From: Vicinamibacterales bacterium
GTDB lineage: Bacteria > Acidobacteriota > Vicinamibacteria > Vicinamibacterales > 2-12-FULL-66-21
Direction: 5' to 3'
DNA: 64,000 nucleotides
NCBI GenBank assembly: GCA_048594885.1
Contig: JBMDXB010000142.1
Span: 2,148 to 66,147 of the forward strand
In this document: one piece after another, positions 9,315-19,675 of the stretch
Layout of the letters: each line of letters opens with the position of its first letter
Numbering within the stretch: position 1 is the first letter of the stretch
The notes under the pieces: generated by a model
What the model saw: the letters and a program-made list of their open reading frames with translations, nothing else
Told to the model about the DNA's origin: nothing
The model's database searches: none
Position numbers and translations under genes: made by a program

Positions 9315-10616
9315 TCAGACGGTAGCATCGGCCGCGCGGGCGACGGCCTGCCCGCGATCGACGTTGACCATCGACAGCACCGCCCATCCCACCACGAAAA
9401 AGACGACGACGCTGAGGATGGCGAAACGCGGCGATCCCGTCACCTTCACCGCAACCGCGAACGTGGCGGGACCAAGTGCGCCGGTGAACTTCTCAAAGAT
9501 GGAGAAGAACGCAAAGAACTCCGCGCTTTTCGCCTTCGGGATCATCGTCGCGAAGAGCGATCGGCTCAGCGCCTGGCTGCCGCCCTGCACCATGGCGAGG
9601 AGGGCCGCGAGCAGATAGAAATGCAGCGCGGTGGTCATGAAGTAGGCCAGCACACTGATCACGACGTACACCGCGAGCGCGAGGTAGATCGATCGCTTGG
9701 CCCCGAACCGGCCGGCGAGCGCGCCGAAGAGGAACGCGAACGGCACGCCGACGAACTGCACGAGGATGACGGCGGCGATCAGCGGCCCGGCGCCCAGGCC
9801 AATCTGCGTGCCGTAGCTCACCGCCATCTTGATGATCGTGTTGATGCCATCGTTGTAGATGGCGAACGCCACCAGCATCACGAATGCTTCACGGAAGCCG
9901 CGCAGTTCCCTCACCGTCTGCGCGAGCTGCCGCAGCGTGATGGCCATCAGGTTCCCGCTGGCGCGGACCACGTGCGTCGGCGGTTCCGGCACCCGCCTAA
10001 AGAGCGGGATCGAGAACAGCAGCCACCATACGGCGACGCTCACGAACGAGACCCTGGCGGCCACGCCCATGTCCGCCATGCCGAAGGCCTGCGGGTAGGT
10101 GATCCAGATGGCGTTGATCACCAGCAGCAGCCCGCCGCCGAAATATCCGATCGCGTACCCGGCCGTCGACACGCGATCCATGTCGCGCTCGCCGGCGATG
10201 TGCGGCAGCAGCGCGTCGTAGAACGCCATGCTGCCGAAGGCGCCGATGCTGGCGAGGATGAAGAGAAAGGTCGCAAACCGCCACTCGCCGTAGTCGATGA
10301 AGAACATCGCGGCTGTCGAGCCGACACCGAGCGCGAGGAAGGCCGCGAGCATCCGTTTCTTGACGGGCAGATAATCGGCGAGCGCGCCCAGCACCGGATT
10401 GAGGATGGCCACAACCGCGATGGCGATCGTGTTCGCGAGCCCGTACATCGCCAGCGCGTCGGTTTCGGACAGGGTGGCCGCGGCGGTCCGCTGGAAGTAG
10501 ATGGGGAAGATCGCCGTGACGATGGTGCACATGAAGGCGGAGTTCGCCCAGTCGTACATCGCCCACGCGCGCAACTCCGGTCGTCCCAGGCCGAGGCGTT
10601 CGAGGATTCCAGTCAT
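9315..10616 (-). CDS. MFS transporter (UMF1-like)
   Basis: 12-TM hydrophobic profile starting from MTGILERLGLGRPELRAWAMYDWANSAF. The start ATG overlaps the upstream stop (ATGA). Confidence 0.75.
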   Translation of the reverse strand: MTGILERLGLGRPELRAWAMYDWANSAFMCTIVTAIFPIYFQRTAAATLSETDALAMYGLANTIAIAVVAILNPVLGALADYLPVKKRMLAAFLALGVGSTAAMFFIDYGEWRFATFLFILASIGAFGSMAFYDALLPHIAGERDMDRVSTAGYAIGYFGGGLLLVINAIWITYPQAFGMADMGVAARVSFVSVAVWWLLFSIPLFRRVPEPPTHVVRASGNLMAITLRQLAQTVRELRGFREAFVMLVAFAIYNDGINTIIKMAVSYGTQIGLGAGPLIAAVILVQFVGVPFAFLFGALAGRFGAKRSIYLALAVYVVISVLAYFMTTALHFYLLAALLAMVQGGSQALSRSLFATMIPKAKSAEFFAFFSIFEKFTGALGPATFAVAVKVTGSPRFAILSVVVFFVVGWAVLSMVNVDRGQAVARAADATV

Positions 10617-10618
10617 GA

Positions 10619-11764
10619 TCAGTAGGTCCGGCGCGCGACCCACTCGCGCAGCAATGAGTCGACGACCACGTAGCGATCGCCTTCCCGCGCGAGCAAGTCC
10701 TCGCGCACGAGCGCGGCGAGCGACGTCTGGACCGTGGAGGCGCCGCTGAGGCGATAGCGCGTGCGGACATCGGCAGCCATCAGCTCGCGGCCGTCCTGCA
10801 GCACGGCGGCGCGCAGCGTCGCGCGCTGCGCGAGCGTGAGCCGTTGCCACACGCCCTCGAACAGTGCCTCCTGTTCGCCGAGCAGCCGCGTCAGCGTCGC
10901 GTGGAGATCGTCGACGCCTGCCCCGCGGCGGCCCGCCGCCCGCGCATCATCCCACAGCTCGTGCGCCAGGCGCTGCACGTCGTACGGCAGGTTGCCTGCG
11001 AGCTCGACGATCGCGGCGCCGAGGCCGGCCGCGGGTCTCACGCCCGACTTGCGGAACCGGGTTTCGACGAACTCGGCGAACAGGTCCGGCGGGATCTTCT
11101 GCAGCCGCATCACGGGCCCGGCCTTGTAGAACGGCCGGCTGCGGCCGAGCATGCGCTCCATCAGCGTGGGCTCCGAGCCGGAGAAGACGTAGCCGACTTG
11201 CCGCTGGTGCTGGACGGCGGCGCGCAGCGCGTGCTCGACGCTGCCGCCGTTGAACGACGCAATCGCCTGAAACTCGTCGAGCGCCACGGCCAGCCGCCGG
11301 CGCCGCGCCTCGGCGATCCGCCCCGGCAGCGCGAACACCTCCTGGGCCAGGCGCGAGATGTCACGGCCGCTCTGCGCTGCGGGAAACGCGATGGCGAGCT
11401 GGCCGCGGCCCGCTTCATTCTGCTCGATGCGGACCTCGGGGCGCACCGCACCGAGCATGTCCGCGATCCAGGCGCGTACGCGATCGGCGCGCGTCTCGAT
11501 CGACATCAGCGCGCGGGCGTAGCCCTCGAGGAACGCCACGTACGAGCTGTAGCTGCTCACCGTGACATCAACCGTCAACGCCCCGCCCCGCGCCGCCGCC
11601 CGCAGCGCCTGCTGCACCAGCGACGACTTGCCGTACCGCCGCGGCGAGATCAGGAACACCTTCTGGCCGGAAAGCAGATCGCCGGTGAGCCGGTCGAGCT
11701 CGGCAAGCCGATCGACGAACGCGGCCGCCGGCACCACCTCGCCGTAGACGAACGGGTTATCCAT
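10619..11764 (-). CDS. ATP-binding protein, AAA 'archaeal ATPase' family (PF01637 + DUF234-like C-terminus)
   Basis: Walker A motif SPRRYGKSSL and a Walker B-like LDEFQ. It is translationally coupled to the downstream MFS gene. Confidence 0.7.
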   Translation of the reverse strand: MDNPFVYGEVVPAAAFVDRLAELDRLTGDLLSGQKVFLISPRRYGKSSLVQQALRAAARGGALTVDVTVSSYSSYVAFLEGYARALMSIETRADRVRAWIADMLGAVRPEVRIEQNEAGRGQLAIAFPAAQSGRDISRLAQEVFALPGRIAEARRRRLAVALDEFQAIASFNGGSVEHALRAAVQHQRQVGYVFSGSEPTLMERMLGRSRPFYKAGPVMRLQKIPPDLFAEFVETRFRKSGVRPAAGLGAAIVELAGNLPYDVQRLAHELWDDARAAGRRGAGVDDLHATLTRLLGEQEALFEGVWQRLTLAQRATLRAAVLQDGRELMAADVRTRYRLSGASTVQTSLAALVREDLLAREGDRYVVVDSLLREWVARRTY

Positions 11765-11815
11765 GGGTGATTACGCTCTTCTACGTAATGGTTACGTAGT
11801 TTAACGTAACGGCGC
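11765..11815. promoter_or_regulatory. AT-richer operator-like region with three TTACGTA(A/G) palindromic half-sites directly upstream of the ATPase-MFS operon
   Basis: ctacgtaatggttacgtagtttaacgtaacgg contains an 8-bp-arm palindrome CTACGTAA-tgg-TTACGTAG and a third AACGTAAC copy. Confidence 0.5.
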
Positions 11816-11825
11816 TGGCGGGGGA

Positions 11826-11992
11826 AGACATCCGTCCCTGGTCCCTGGTCCTGGTCCCGAGTCCCTGGTCCCTGGTCCCGAGTCCCTCGTCCCGAGTCAG
11901 TCCCGGGACCAGGGACCCGAGACCAGGGACCCGAGACCAGGGACCCCGAGACCAGGGACCCGTGACCAGGGACTAGGGACCAGGGACGGGGA
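11826..11992. repeat. Heptamer palindromic minisatellite: (GGTCCCT)n ... (AGGGACC)n
   Basis: About 10 units of GGTCCCT/GGTCCCG are followed by about 10 units of GAGACCAGGGACCC and similar. The M28 peptidase stop codon lies inside the right arm. Confidence 0.9.
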
Positions 11993-14261
11993 TGCGCGGC
12001 GCGAGAATCCACGCCGCGTTCGCTCCCCAGACAGTGCGTTCCTGCGGCAGCCATGCGGGCAGCGACTGCCAGCCGGTCCCGCCCGGAATCCGGCCCGACG
12101 TGACGACCATGCGGGTGGCGGCAAACGGCGACGGATCGGTGGTGCCGAAGTACGCGCGCCAGACGACGCCGTCGGCGGGCGGCGCGACGTATGTCGCGCT
12201 CCAGCGGCCGTTGCGGACGATGCCCGGCAGGTTGCTGCGGGCGGGTTTCTGGCCCGCAGGCGCGACGAACGTGACGGTGACTCCCGGCTGCGACGGCACG
12301 ACCGTCGCCGTCACCTCGACGCCGCGTTCGACCGGCGTCTGCGTGAACGCGGTGATGTGCGCCGGCGCCGGACCGAGTGCCGGGCCGCGCGTGCGAAAGA
12401 CGAACGCGAACGGCCAGCGCACCATCGGTACGCTCACGGCGGGAGCGTCGGTGGCCGGCACCCATCCACCGGGCGCGCCGCTCTCGAGATCGAGACCCGG
12501 CTCCGTCGAAGCCACTTCCCACACCGCGTTCGCCGCGTCGCCATCCTGGATGGCCCGCAGGTACCTGCGCAGCGGCCGGTCTTCCGTGTAGGCAGGCGCC
12601 GCGTAGGCGAATCCAGCGGCAATCGCAATCGCGGCGAGGCACGCAGCGGTGATGAGCGGCGGCCGGGGGAGAGGCGTCGGCCGCGCGGCTGCCGCGAGGA
12701 ACGGCGGCGCCACCATCAAGCCCACGGCGGCAACTACGGCCGCGTAGACGTATACCGGCGTCACGACCGGCAACCGGCCGAAGACAGCCACGACGAACCG
12801 CGACAGCTCGATGCCGTTCCGCAGCCAGAGGGTCCCGGCCACGGCCAGCACGACCACGGAGGCGGCGCGCACGAGCGGCTCGTTGCGGGTGGGCACGATC
12901 GTCAGCAGCACGCCGGCCGCAAAGAGCGGCACGGTCCACAGGTAGGCGGCTGCTGGCCCGGCCCACAACGAGACCGACGCGAGCACGATCCACACCGGAA
13001 GCGCGACGCTCCAGACAACCGACGGATGCCGCGTGAGATGCGCGCGCGGCGGCAGCCAGGTTCCGATGCGCGTTGCCGCCCACCCGAGAGCGATTCCCGT
13101 GGCTGCGAGCAGAATCAGCAGCCGATCCGGGTGCGCATACCAGGGGCTGTACGATTCCCGCGCCGCCCGCAGCGCCCACGTGGCCGCAACCATTCCGGCT
13201 GCCGAGACCACGAACGCGATCGCGGCCCACACGAACGTCAGCAGCCAGCGCAGGACGCCCCCTATCCCGACCGCCGTCGCGGTGACCTTCACGACGGCGA
13301 TCGCGCCGAACACGAGCGCGGCCGCGGCTATCAGCCAGCCCGTGCGCGGCCCGTAGCTGACGGCGGCCTTCGGGCCGGCATCGAAGTACGTCGCATCGGA
13401 TGCGTTGCGCTGCGTGATGTCGACGTCTTGCAGCGCCGCCAGGATGGTAGCGGCGTTCTCGCCGGCCTCGCGCAGCGCCGCCGGCTCGATCCGCGCCGGC
13501 GTGTCGCGCGCGGTGTGGTACCCGTAGCTGTTGCCGACCACCGCGAAGTTCAGTCCGGGAATGTCGTGCCGCTTGAAGATGGTGAAGTCCGTGTCGTTCG
13601 GCAGGCGCTTGTACACTTCGATGCCCATCGAACCGCCGCGCGGATGCGGCGCGTGCCGCGCCCAGGTCTTCACGAGCCACGCGTTGCCAGGTCCCGTCTC
13701 GAACAGCATGACCGGCCGCGACGTTCCGCTGGCCTCGAAATTCAGGTAGGCCCTCAGCCGATCGGTGACCTCCCGATCGGTGACCAGGGCGGCGGCGCCC
13801 ATCAGGCCGGCTTCCTCGGCATCGGTGACCAGCACGAACAGCGACCACCGGCGCCTCTCCCTCGACGCGAACGTTCTCGCCGCTTCCAGCGAGACCGCCA
13901 CTCCGAACGCATCGTCGCCGCCGCCGGGAGTGTCGAGCCCGGAGTCGTAGTGCGAGACGAGCCCGATCGCCTCCGGCCGTTCGCCGGCGAGCGTGGCGAT
14001 GATGTTCGACACGCGGGCGGTGCGCCCGAGCTCGGGCCGGCGCGCGTCGGTTTCCTGCACGCGCACGTCGAAGCCGTACAGCCGCAACTGGTCGATGATG
14101 TAGCTGCGCGCGCGCGCATTCTCAGGCGTGCCGACCCAGCGGCTGCCGATCGTGCCGGCGAGCATTTCCACGTGCGAACGGGCGTTCTCCTCGACGAAGA
14201 GTGCGGCAGGGCGGGAGCAGGCGGAAAGGAAGAGGACGGCGAAGACGGAAACAGCGCGCAT
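11973..14261 (-). CDS. M28 family metallopeptidase fused to a polytopic membrane domain
   Basis: M28 motifs (HYDS, DDAFG, EEAGLMG) with about 8 predicted TM helices in the central part. Confidence 0.75.
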   Translation of the reverse strand: MRAVSVFAVLFLSACSRPAALFVEENARSHVEMLAGTIGSRWVGTPENARARSYIIDQLRLYGFDVRVQETDARRPELGRTARVSNIIATLAGERPEAIGLVSHYDSGLDTPGGGDDAFGVAVSLEAARTFASRERRRWSLFVLVTDAEEAGLMGAAALVTDREVTDRLRAYLNFEASGTSRPVMLFETGPGNAWLVKTWARHAPHPRGGSMGIEVYKRLPNDTDFTIFKRHDIPGLNFAVVGNSYGYHTARDTPARIEPAALREAGENAATILAALQDVDITQRNASDATYFDAGPKAAVSYGPRTGWLIAAAALVFGAIAVVKVTATAVGIGGVLRWLLTFVWAAIAFVVSAAGMVAATWALRAARESYSPWYAHPDRLLILLAATGIALGWAATRIGTWLPPRAHLTRHPSVVWSVALPVWIVLASVSLWAGPAAAYLWTVPLFAAGVLLTIVPTRNEPLVRAASVVVLAVAGTLWLRNGIELSRFVVAVFGRLPVVTPVYVYAAVVAAVGLMVAPPFLAAAARPTPLPRPPLITAACLAAIAIAAGFAYAAPAYTEDRPLRRYLRAIQDGDAANAVWEVASTEPGLDLESGAPGGWVPATDAPAVSVPMVRWPFAFVFRTRGPALGPAPAHITAFTQTPVERGVEVTATVVPSQPGVTVTFVAPAGQKPARSNLPGIVRNGRWSATYVAPPADGVVWRAYFGTTDPSPFAATRMVVTSGRIPGGTGWQSLPAWLPQERTVWGANAAWILAPRIPVPGP

Positions 14262-14330
14262 TCGCCGCCATTCTAGCGAGCCTGCGCCGGAGACCCTAAT
14301 CCCGCACCGCGCAGCCGGACGGCTGCGGCG

Positions 14331-16919
14331 CTACTCCGAGCGCATGGCCGACATCGGGCTGACTCGCAGTGCGCGCAGTGCCGGCACAAGCGATCCGGCG
14401 AGCGTCATCACCACAGCGAGTGCCACTGCCATCGCGATGGTTGCAGGATCGGCGGGCTGCACGCCGAAGAGGAGGGCGCGCATGCCACGCGCCGCCGCGT
14501 AGGCGGCGGGCACGGCAAGCACGACCCCGAGCGCAGTGAGGCGCAGGCCGTCTGCGACGATCATCTTCACGACGCGCGCCGGCTCGGCGCCGAGCGCGAG
14601 ACGCACGCCGATTTCGTGCGATCGCTGTGAGACGGTGTAGGCGAGCAGTCCATGGATGCCGACTCCGGCCAGCAGGAGTGCGACCGCTGCCAAGGTCGCA
14701 AGGACCTGCACCTGCGCGCGCCGTGTCGCCGTTTCACCTGCCAGCACGTCGTCGAGCGCGCGCACGTCGGAGATCGGCTGGTCGGGATCGGCGGCACGGA
14801 CGATCCGCCGGATCGCCGGCACCAGCATCATGCCCTGCCCCGAATGCGCGATCACGAGGTCCTTCGGGTCGTAGGCGGGAAAGACGCGTTCGGCCACCTG
14901 CGAGGCCGGCAGATACATCTGCGGCTCGGTGGTTCGCTCCAGACCTCGGACCTTGATATCGCGCACCACTCCGACGACCGTACGCGATCGATTCGCATAC
15001 GAAAACGTCTTGCCGATGGCGTCCGCGCCCGGCCAGTAACGCCTGGCAAAGGATTCGCTGACGACGGCGACCCAGGCACGGTCGCCCGTGTCGGTCTCGT
15101 CGATGTCGCGGCCGCTGAGGATCGGGATGCCCATCGTGCTGAAGTACTGAGACGTCACGAAACGGCGGCTCACGATCTGGCTGCCGTCGCGGCGCGCCGG
15201 CTGTCCCGGGATCTGAATGCTGCCGACCCCGCCCGTCATGACCATCGGCAGGCCGCTGATGTATGCGGCGCTCCGAACGCCCGGCAGGCTGCGTACGTCG
15301 CGTAGCACGCGTTCGTAGAACTGGCCGCGACGGACCGGGCTGTCGTACTCCGGCCTTGGCAACGCCGTCCTGAGCGTGAGCACGTTGTGCGGCGCGAAGC
15401 CGGGGTCGACGGACTGCACGCGCCACACCGCGCGAATCAGGAGTCCGCAGGTGATCAGCAGGATCACCGACATGGAGATCTCGACGGTGACCAGCACACC
15501 GCGGAGGCGTTGCCGCTCGCCGCCTCCGGCGCGCGCTCCCTCACGCAGCGCGTCGAAACCCGTGCGACTGCCGGCACGAAGCGCCGGAACCACTCCGAAG
15601 CCGAGGCCCACGAGAACCGTGAACAGTGCCGCGATGCCGAACACGCGCAGATCGAGCGCGGGCTGGTTGTCGATCGGCAGCGTTGGCGGCACGAGGCTCG
15701 AGAAGAGCGGAACCCCGAGCGCGGCGACGAGCACGCCGGCCGCACCGCCCAGCAGCGACAGCACGACGCTGTCCGTGATCAACTGCCGCGCCAGCCGCTC
15801 CCTGCCCGCGCCCAGCGCCGCGCGCACCGCGAGCTCGCGGCCGCGGGCGCTCGCGCGAACCAGCAGCAGATTGGCGAGATTGGCACACGTGAGGAGCAGC
15901 AGGCAGAGGCTGGCGCCGCTCAGGCCCATCAGCATCACGCGATAGCGCGGTGACATGTTGTCGCGCACCCGGTAGAAGCTGATGCCGGTTTCTTCGTTCG
16001 TATCCGGGTACGATTCGGCGAGGCGAGCGGCCACCGACGAGAGCTCCGCTCTGGCCTGTTCGAACGTCACGCCCGGAGCCAGCCGGCCGACGGCTTCGAT
16101 GTAGCTGTTGCCGCGATTCTCGTAGTCCGCCTCGCTGAACTTCAACAGCGTCCACAGTTGCGTGGTGCGCTCGGGAAAATAGAAGCCCGGCGGCATGATG
16201 CCGATGATCGTGTATGACGCGCCATTGAGGTTGACGGTCCGCCCGAGCACGCCGCGGTCGCCGCCGAACTGCGATTGCCAGAGCGCATGGCTCAGAACGA
16301 CCGTGCGGTCGTCCTGCCCGCCTGGCTCGAACACGCGGCCCAGCGCCGGCGGCACGCCGAGCAGCGGCAGTACTTCCGGCGTGACGGGGTTGATGGCAAG
16401 ACGCCGCGGTTCCCCTCCGCCCACCAGGTTCACGGCATCGCCGGCGAACGCACCCATGACCTGGAACGACGAGCTCATCGACTTGAAGTCGCGGTAGTTC
16501 GCGGGCGAGAGCTGGTTCATGCAGCCCCACCCGCCGCCCGTCCGCGGCCCTTCACACAGCCTCACGAGCGCGTCCGGGTCGGGGAACGGCAGCGGACGGA
16601 GCAGCACGAAGTCAGCCACGGAAAAAGCCGCCGTATTTGCTCCCACGCCGAGTGCGGCCACCAGAACGGTCGTGAGCGCGAACCCGCGCGCGCGGTTCAA
16701 CGTGCGCACGGTGTACCGCAGATCGTGCGCCAGGATGCCCCGATGCACCGCCAACGCGTTGACAACTTCCTCACCAGCGGTGCGCACGGACAGTCCGATT
16801 CTGCCGAGTGGGCTGGCAGCAGCGAACGCGTGAGCGAACACCGCGGCCATCTCGTCTCCGTATTCCATCCGGAACGAGGCGGGGTAGAGACGGAGCAGCG
16901 CGCGATAGAGGCGAATCAT
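14331..16919 (-). CDS. ADOP-family FtsX/MacB-like ABC transporter permease (acidobacterial duplicated orphan permease)
   Basis: 862 aa with the N-terminus MIRLYRALLRLYPASFRMEYGDEMAAVF, a duplicated FtsX 4-TM module and a MacB-like periplasmic domain. A PadR gene lies upstream with ATGA overlap. Confidence 0.85.
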   Translation of the reverse strand: MIRLYRALLRLYPASFRMEYGDEMAAVFAHAFAAASPLGRIGLSVRTAGEEVVNALAVHRGILAHDLRYTVRTLNRARGFALTTVLVAALGVGANTAAFSVADFVLLRPLPFPDPDALVRLCEGPRTGGGWGCMNQLSPANYRDFKSMSSSFQVMGAFAGDAVNLVGGGEPRRLAINPVTPEVLPLLGVPPALGRVFEPGGQDDRTVVLSHALWQSQFGGDRGVLGRTVNLNGASYTIIGIMPPGFYFPERTTQLWTLLKFSEADYENRGNSYIEAVGRLAPGVTFEQARAELSSVAARLAESYPDTNEETGISFYRVRDNMSPRYRVMLMGLSGASLCLLLLTCANLANLLLVRASARGRELAVRAALGAGRERLARQLITDSVVLSLLGGAAGVLVAALGVPLFSSLVPPTLPIDNQPALDLRVFGIAALFTVLVGLGFGVVPALRAGSRTGFDALREGARAGGGERQRLRGVLVTVEISMSVILLITCGLLIRAVWRVQSVDPGFAPHNVLTLRTALPRPEYDSPVRRGQFYERVLRDVRSLPGVRSAAYISGLPMVMTGGVGSIQIPGQPARRDGSQIVSRRFVTSQYFSTMGIPILSGRDIDETDTGDRAWVAVVSESFARRYWPGADAIGKTFSYANRSRTVVGVVRDIKVRGLERTTEPQMYLPASQVAERVFPAYDPKDLVIAHSGQGMMLVPAIRRIVRAADPDQPISDVRALDDVLAGETATRRAQVQVLATLAAVALLLAGVGIHGLLAYTVSQRSHEIGVRLALGAEPARVVKMIVADGLRLTALGVVLAVPAAYAAARGMRALLFGVQPADPATIAMAVALAVVMTLAGSLVPALRALRVSPMSAMRSE

Positions 16920-17275
16920 GACGACTCCGTCGTGCGCAGGACACCTCTGGCCAGCCGGACCAGCTCGGTCAGCCGCCGCGTTTCGGCGCGGACGACGGCG
17001 CTTCCAAACGGCGTGATGCGGTAGTAGCGCCGGCGGGGATCGTCGGTCGGGCCCGACGGTTTTCGCGGCTCCTGGATCAATCCGTCTTCGAGGAGGCGTT
17101 GGATCGTGCGGTACAGCGTGCCGGGGCTCAGCCGCAGCGCGCCGCCGGTGCGGGCTTCGACGTCGGTGATGATGCCGTAGCCATGGCAGTCACCGGCGCT
17201 CAGCGCCAGCAGGATGTGGAAGGCGGCCGGCTGGAGCGGCAGCAGGGCCTCGACGCCGGCGGGGTCGGCTTTCAT
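16916..17275 (-). CDS. PadR family transcriptional regulator
   Basis: Winged-helix motifs HGYGI ... LSPGTLYRTIQRLLEDGLI. Stop and start overlap with the ADOP gene. Confidence 0.85.
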   Translation of the reverse strand: MKADPAGVEALLPLQPAAFHILLALSAGDCHGYGIITDVEARTGGALRLSPGTLYRTIQRLLEDGLIQEPRKPSGPTDDPRRRYYRITPFGSAVVRAETRRLTELVRLARGVLRTTESS

Positions 17276-17362
17276 GCCGCCGAACCATAGTCCAGAGTGG
17301 ATATATTGTCAATGGATATAAGACCGTCGTCCCTGCGCGCGCGGCCGGTTACTTGTTGCGTG

Positions 17363-18127
17363 CTACCGGTTCGTGCGCGGCGTTCGACGCTGCTGCCACG
17401 ACAGGCCCGCGCCGAATGAGAGGACCAACGGGCCGGCATGCGGAACCTCCCGCTCGTACTCGTCGTACTTCACTCGCCGAATCCAGTGGAGCCGCGTGCC
17501 GACACTGACGGCGAGTCGGCTCGACGTGCGAAACAGCAGGTCCGCGCCTCCGACGACCCCGGGCCGCGTAGTCGATACCGACACATCTTTCTCCTCGATA
17601 GGCGAGCGGCCCGCCCCCCACAGGTACTCGCCGCGGCGGTTCGTCAAGGTCTGCGTGGAGTGCGACAGAGTGAAGCCCATCACGGGTTGCAGGTCCACGG
17701 CACGCCGGACGACATGGCGCCGGACCACGGCCGAGTAGAGCCGCTCCCGATCCGTGTAGGTCGACGACAACCGCGTCATCTCGAACTTCCACTGAAACTT
17801 TTCCGCCACAGTGGCCGTTTGCGGGCTTCGCAGCATGATTTCTCCACCGACGCTCCATGATGGCGCCACGAGCGCCCCGGCATTGAAGATCGCGCCGATC
17901 GCCGGCCATTCGATCGACCCATCGAACAGCGTATGGAGATAAGCGTACCCATCCGCGGGATCCTTGATCTCGCGATGTCGTGACGACAAGAGGATGGAGC
18001 CGCCGGCAAAAAATGGCGCCGGTCGCAGTTCGTCGGTGGCGGGTGTTTGCGCTCGAGAGTCAGGTGCCGTGGAGAGAATCACGATCGCCGTGAGCGCGAT
18101 GATGTGACTCAATCGTCTGCTGCGCAT
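17363..18127 (-). CDS. Secreted hypothetical protein (possible outer-membrane beta-strand protein)
   Basis: Signal peptide MRSRRLSHIIALTAIVILSTAPDSRAQ. Alternating hydrophobic pattern with an aromatic-rich C-terminus. Confidence 0.5.
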   Translation of the reverse strand: MRSRRLSHIIALTAIVILSTAPDSRAQTPATDELRPAPFFAGGSILLSSRHREIKDPADGYAYLHTLFDGSIEWPAIGAIFNAGALVAPSWSVGGEIMLRSPQTATVAEKFQWKFEMTRLSSTYTDRERLYSAVVRRHVVRRAVDLQPVMGFTLSHSTQTLTNRRGEYLWGAGRSPIEEKDVSVSTTRPGVVGGADLLFRTSSRLAVSVGTRLHWIRRVKYDEYEREVPHAGPLVLSFGAGLSWQQRRTPRTNR

Positions 18128-18146
18128 CACGCATACCCCGGGCGCT

Positions 18147-18830
18147 CTATCGGGAATCGACGCTGAGACGGCCAGTATACAGCGCCATTCCCACCACCGC
18201 ATCGACGCCGATCGCGTCGAGCTCGTGCACCTCGTCCATCGTCGTAATGCCGCCCGCGGCGATGACGGCGCGGTTCGTGGCGTTACGGATCGCGCGGATG
18301 GCGTCGAGGTCCGTTCCCTGCATCAGCCCCTCGCGATCGACGATGGTGTAGAGGAAGCCGCCGGCGTGCGTCTCGAGCTCGCGGACGGCGTCGAGCGGCG
18401 TGATGTCGAGCTGCGTGCGCCAGCCGTGAATGACGACGCGGCCGCCGCGGCTGTCGATCGCCGCCAGCAGCCGCTCCATGCCGACGCGCGCGGAGAGGAT
18501 CTTCGCGACTTCGGTGTCGACGCCGCTCTTCGTGAAGAGCGCGGACCCGACGATGACGCGCCTGGCGCCGAGCGCGAGGACTTCTTCGGCCCGCTCGACG
18601 GAGCGGATGCCGCCGCCGACCTGGCAGGGGAGCGCCGCGCAGACGCGGCGGATGATCTCCCCGTTCCCGCCCTCGCCCTTGGCGGCATCGAGATCGATCA
18701 ACTGCACGATCGGGTACGTCGCGAAGCGGCCGATCCAGCCGTCGATGTCATCGCTGGCAATGGCGAGCCGCTCGCCTTGCACGAGCTGCACGACGCGGCC
18801 GCCCTGGAGATCGATGGATGGGATCAGCAT
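18147..18830 (-). CDS. hisA: 1-(5-phosphoribosyl)-5-[(5-phosphoribosylamino)methylideneamino]imidazole-4-carboxamide isomerase
   Basis: MLIPSIDLQGGRVVQLVQG and further HisA motifs (GGGIR, GG) identify HisA. Confidence 0.85.
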   Translation of the reverse strand: MLIPSIDLQGGRVVQLVQGERLAIASDDIDGWIGRFATYPIVQLIDLDAAKGEGGNGEIIRRVCAALPCQVGGGIRSVERAEEVLALGARRVIVGSALFTKSGVDTEVAKILSARVGMERLLAAIDSRGGRVVIHGWRTQLDITPLDAVRELETHAGGFLYTIVDREGLMQGTDLDAIRAIRNATNRAVIAAGGITTMDEVHELDAIGVDAVVGMALYTGRLSVDSR

Positions 18831-18840
18831 GATGGTCCGG

Positions 18841-18914
18841 CGGAACTGAAGTTCCGCCCTACGAGTGCTCTCGGATACACGTGTCACCTGTAGGGCGCAA
18901 CTTTAGTTGCGCCA
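18841..18914. repeat. Cluster of three perfect hairpins (CGGAACTgaAGTTCCG; CCCTAC...GTAGGG; GGGCGCAACtttaGTTGCGCC) inside the hisF-hisA spacer; REP-like
   Basis: Palindromes read directly from the sequence. The TGTAGGGCG core is shared with hairpins at 24596, 26590 and 46895. Confidence 0.75.
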
Positions 18915-18919
18915 GCGAG

Positions 18920-19675
18920 TCACAGCCGCACCTGCACGCCGTTACGGCGAAGAAACGCCTTGAGCTCCGCGACCGGATGCTCGGCGAAGTGGAAGACCGA
19001 CGCCGCGAGCGCGGCCTCGGCGCGGCCCGCGGTGAACACCTCCAGGAAGTGCTCGAACGTGCCGGCGCCGCCCGAGGCGATCACCGGAATCGACACCGCG
19101 TCCGACACGGCGGCGGTCAGCTCGCAGTCGAAGCCCGCGCGCGTGCCATCACGATCGATCGAGGTCAGCAGGATCTCGCCGGCACCGCGCGACTCCGCCT
19201 CGCGCGCCCACTCGACGGCGTCGCGACCGGCCGGCACGCGCCCGCTGCGCTTGAACACAGCAAACCGGCCCGCTTCGCGCTTCGCATCGATGGCGACCAC
19301 GACCGCCTGACTGCCGTAGCGCGCCGCCAGACGTGTGAGGAGCACCGGGTCCTCCAGCGGCGCCGTATTCACGCTCACCTTGTCCGCCCCCGCATCGATC
19401 CCCGCCTCCGCATCGTCTTCCGAGCGAATGCCTCCGCCGACGACGAGCGGGATGAACAGCTCGCGCGAGACGGCGCGCAGCGTCTCCTGCAGCGCGCGTC
19501 GGCCTTCGATCGTGGCCGTGACGTCGAGGATGACGAGCTCGTCGATGCCGTCGGCGTTGTAGCGGCGCGCGAGCGCCGCGGGATCGCCGGCGTCGCGCAG
19601 TCCCTCGAAGTTGACGCCCTTGACGACGCAGCCGTCGCGGACGTCGAGACAGGCGATGATGCGCTTACAGAGCAT
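18920..19675 (-). CDS. hisF: Imidazole glycerol phosphate synthase cyclase subunit
   Basis: [32 protein letters not shown] is a canonical HisF N-terminus. Confidence 0.9.
   Translation of the reverse strand: MLCKRIIACLDVRDGCVVKGVNFEGLRDAGDPAALARRYNADGIDELVILDVTATIEGRRALQETLRAVSRELFIPLVVGGGIRSEDDAEAGIDAGADKVSVNTAPLEDPVLLTRLAARYGSQAVVVAIDAKREAGRFAVFKRSGRVPAGRDAVEWAREAESRGAGEILLTSIDRDGTRAGFDCELTAAVSDAVSIPVIASGGAGTFEHFLEVFTAGRAEAALAASVFHFAEHPVAELKAFLRRNGVQVRL

Noticed and set aside
8798-9387. Small ORFs (8798-9328 minus, 9024-9308 plus, 9106-9387 minus) encoding PKTKDQ / GLWSLVFG-type repetitive peptides.
   Set aside because: They are encoded entirely by the GACCAAA/TTTGGTC minisatellite, and the periodic amino acids just reflect the heptamer repeat. 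Similar repeat-encoded pseudo-ORFs at 26367-26679 and 11897-12124 were rejected for the same reason.
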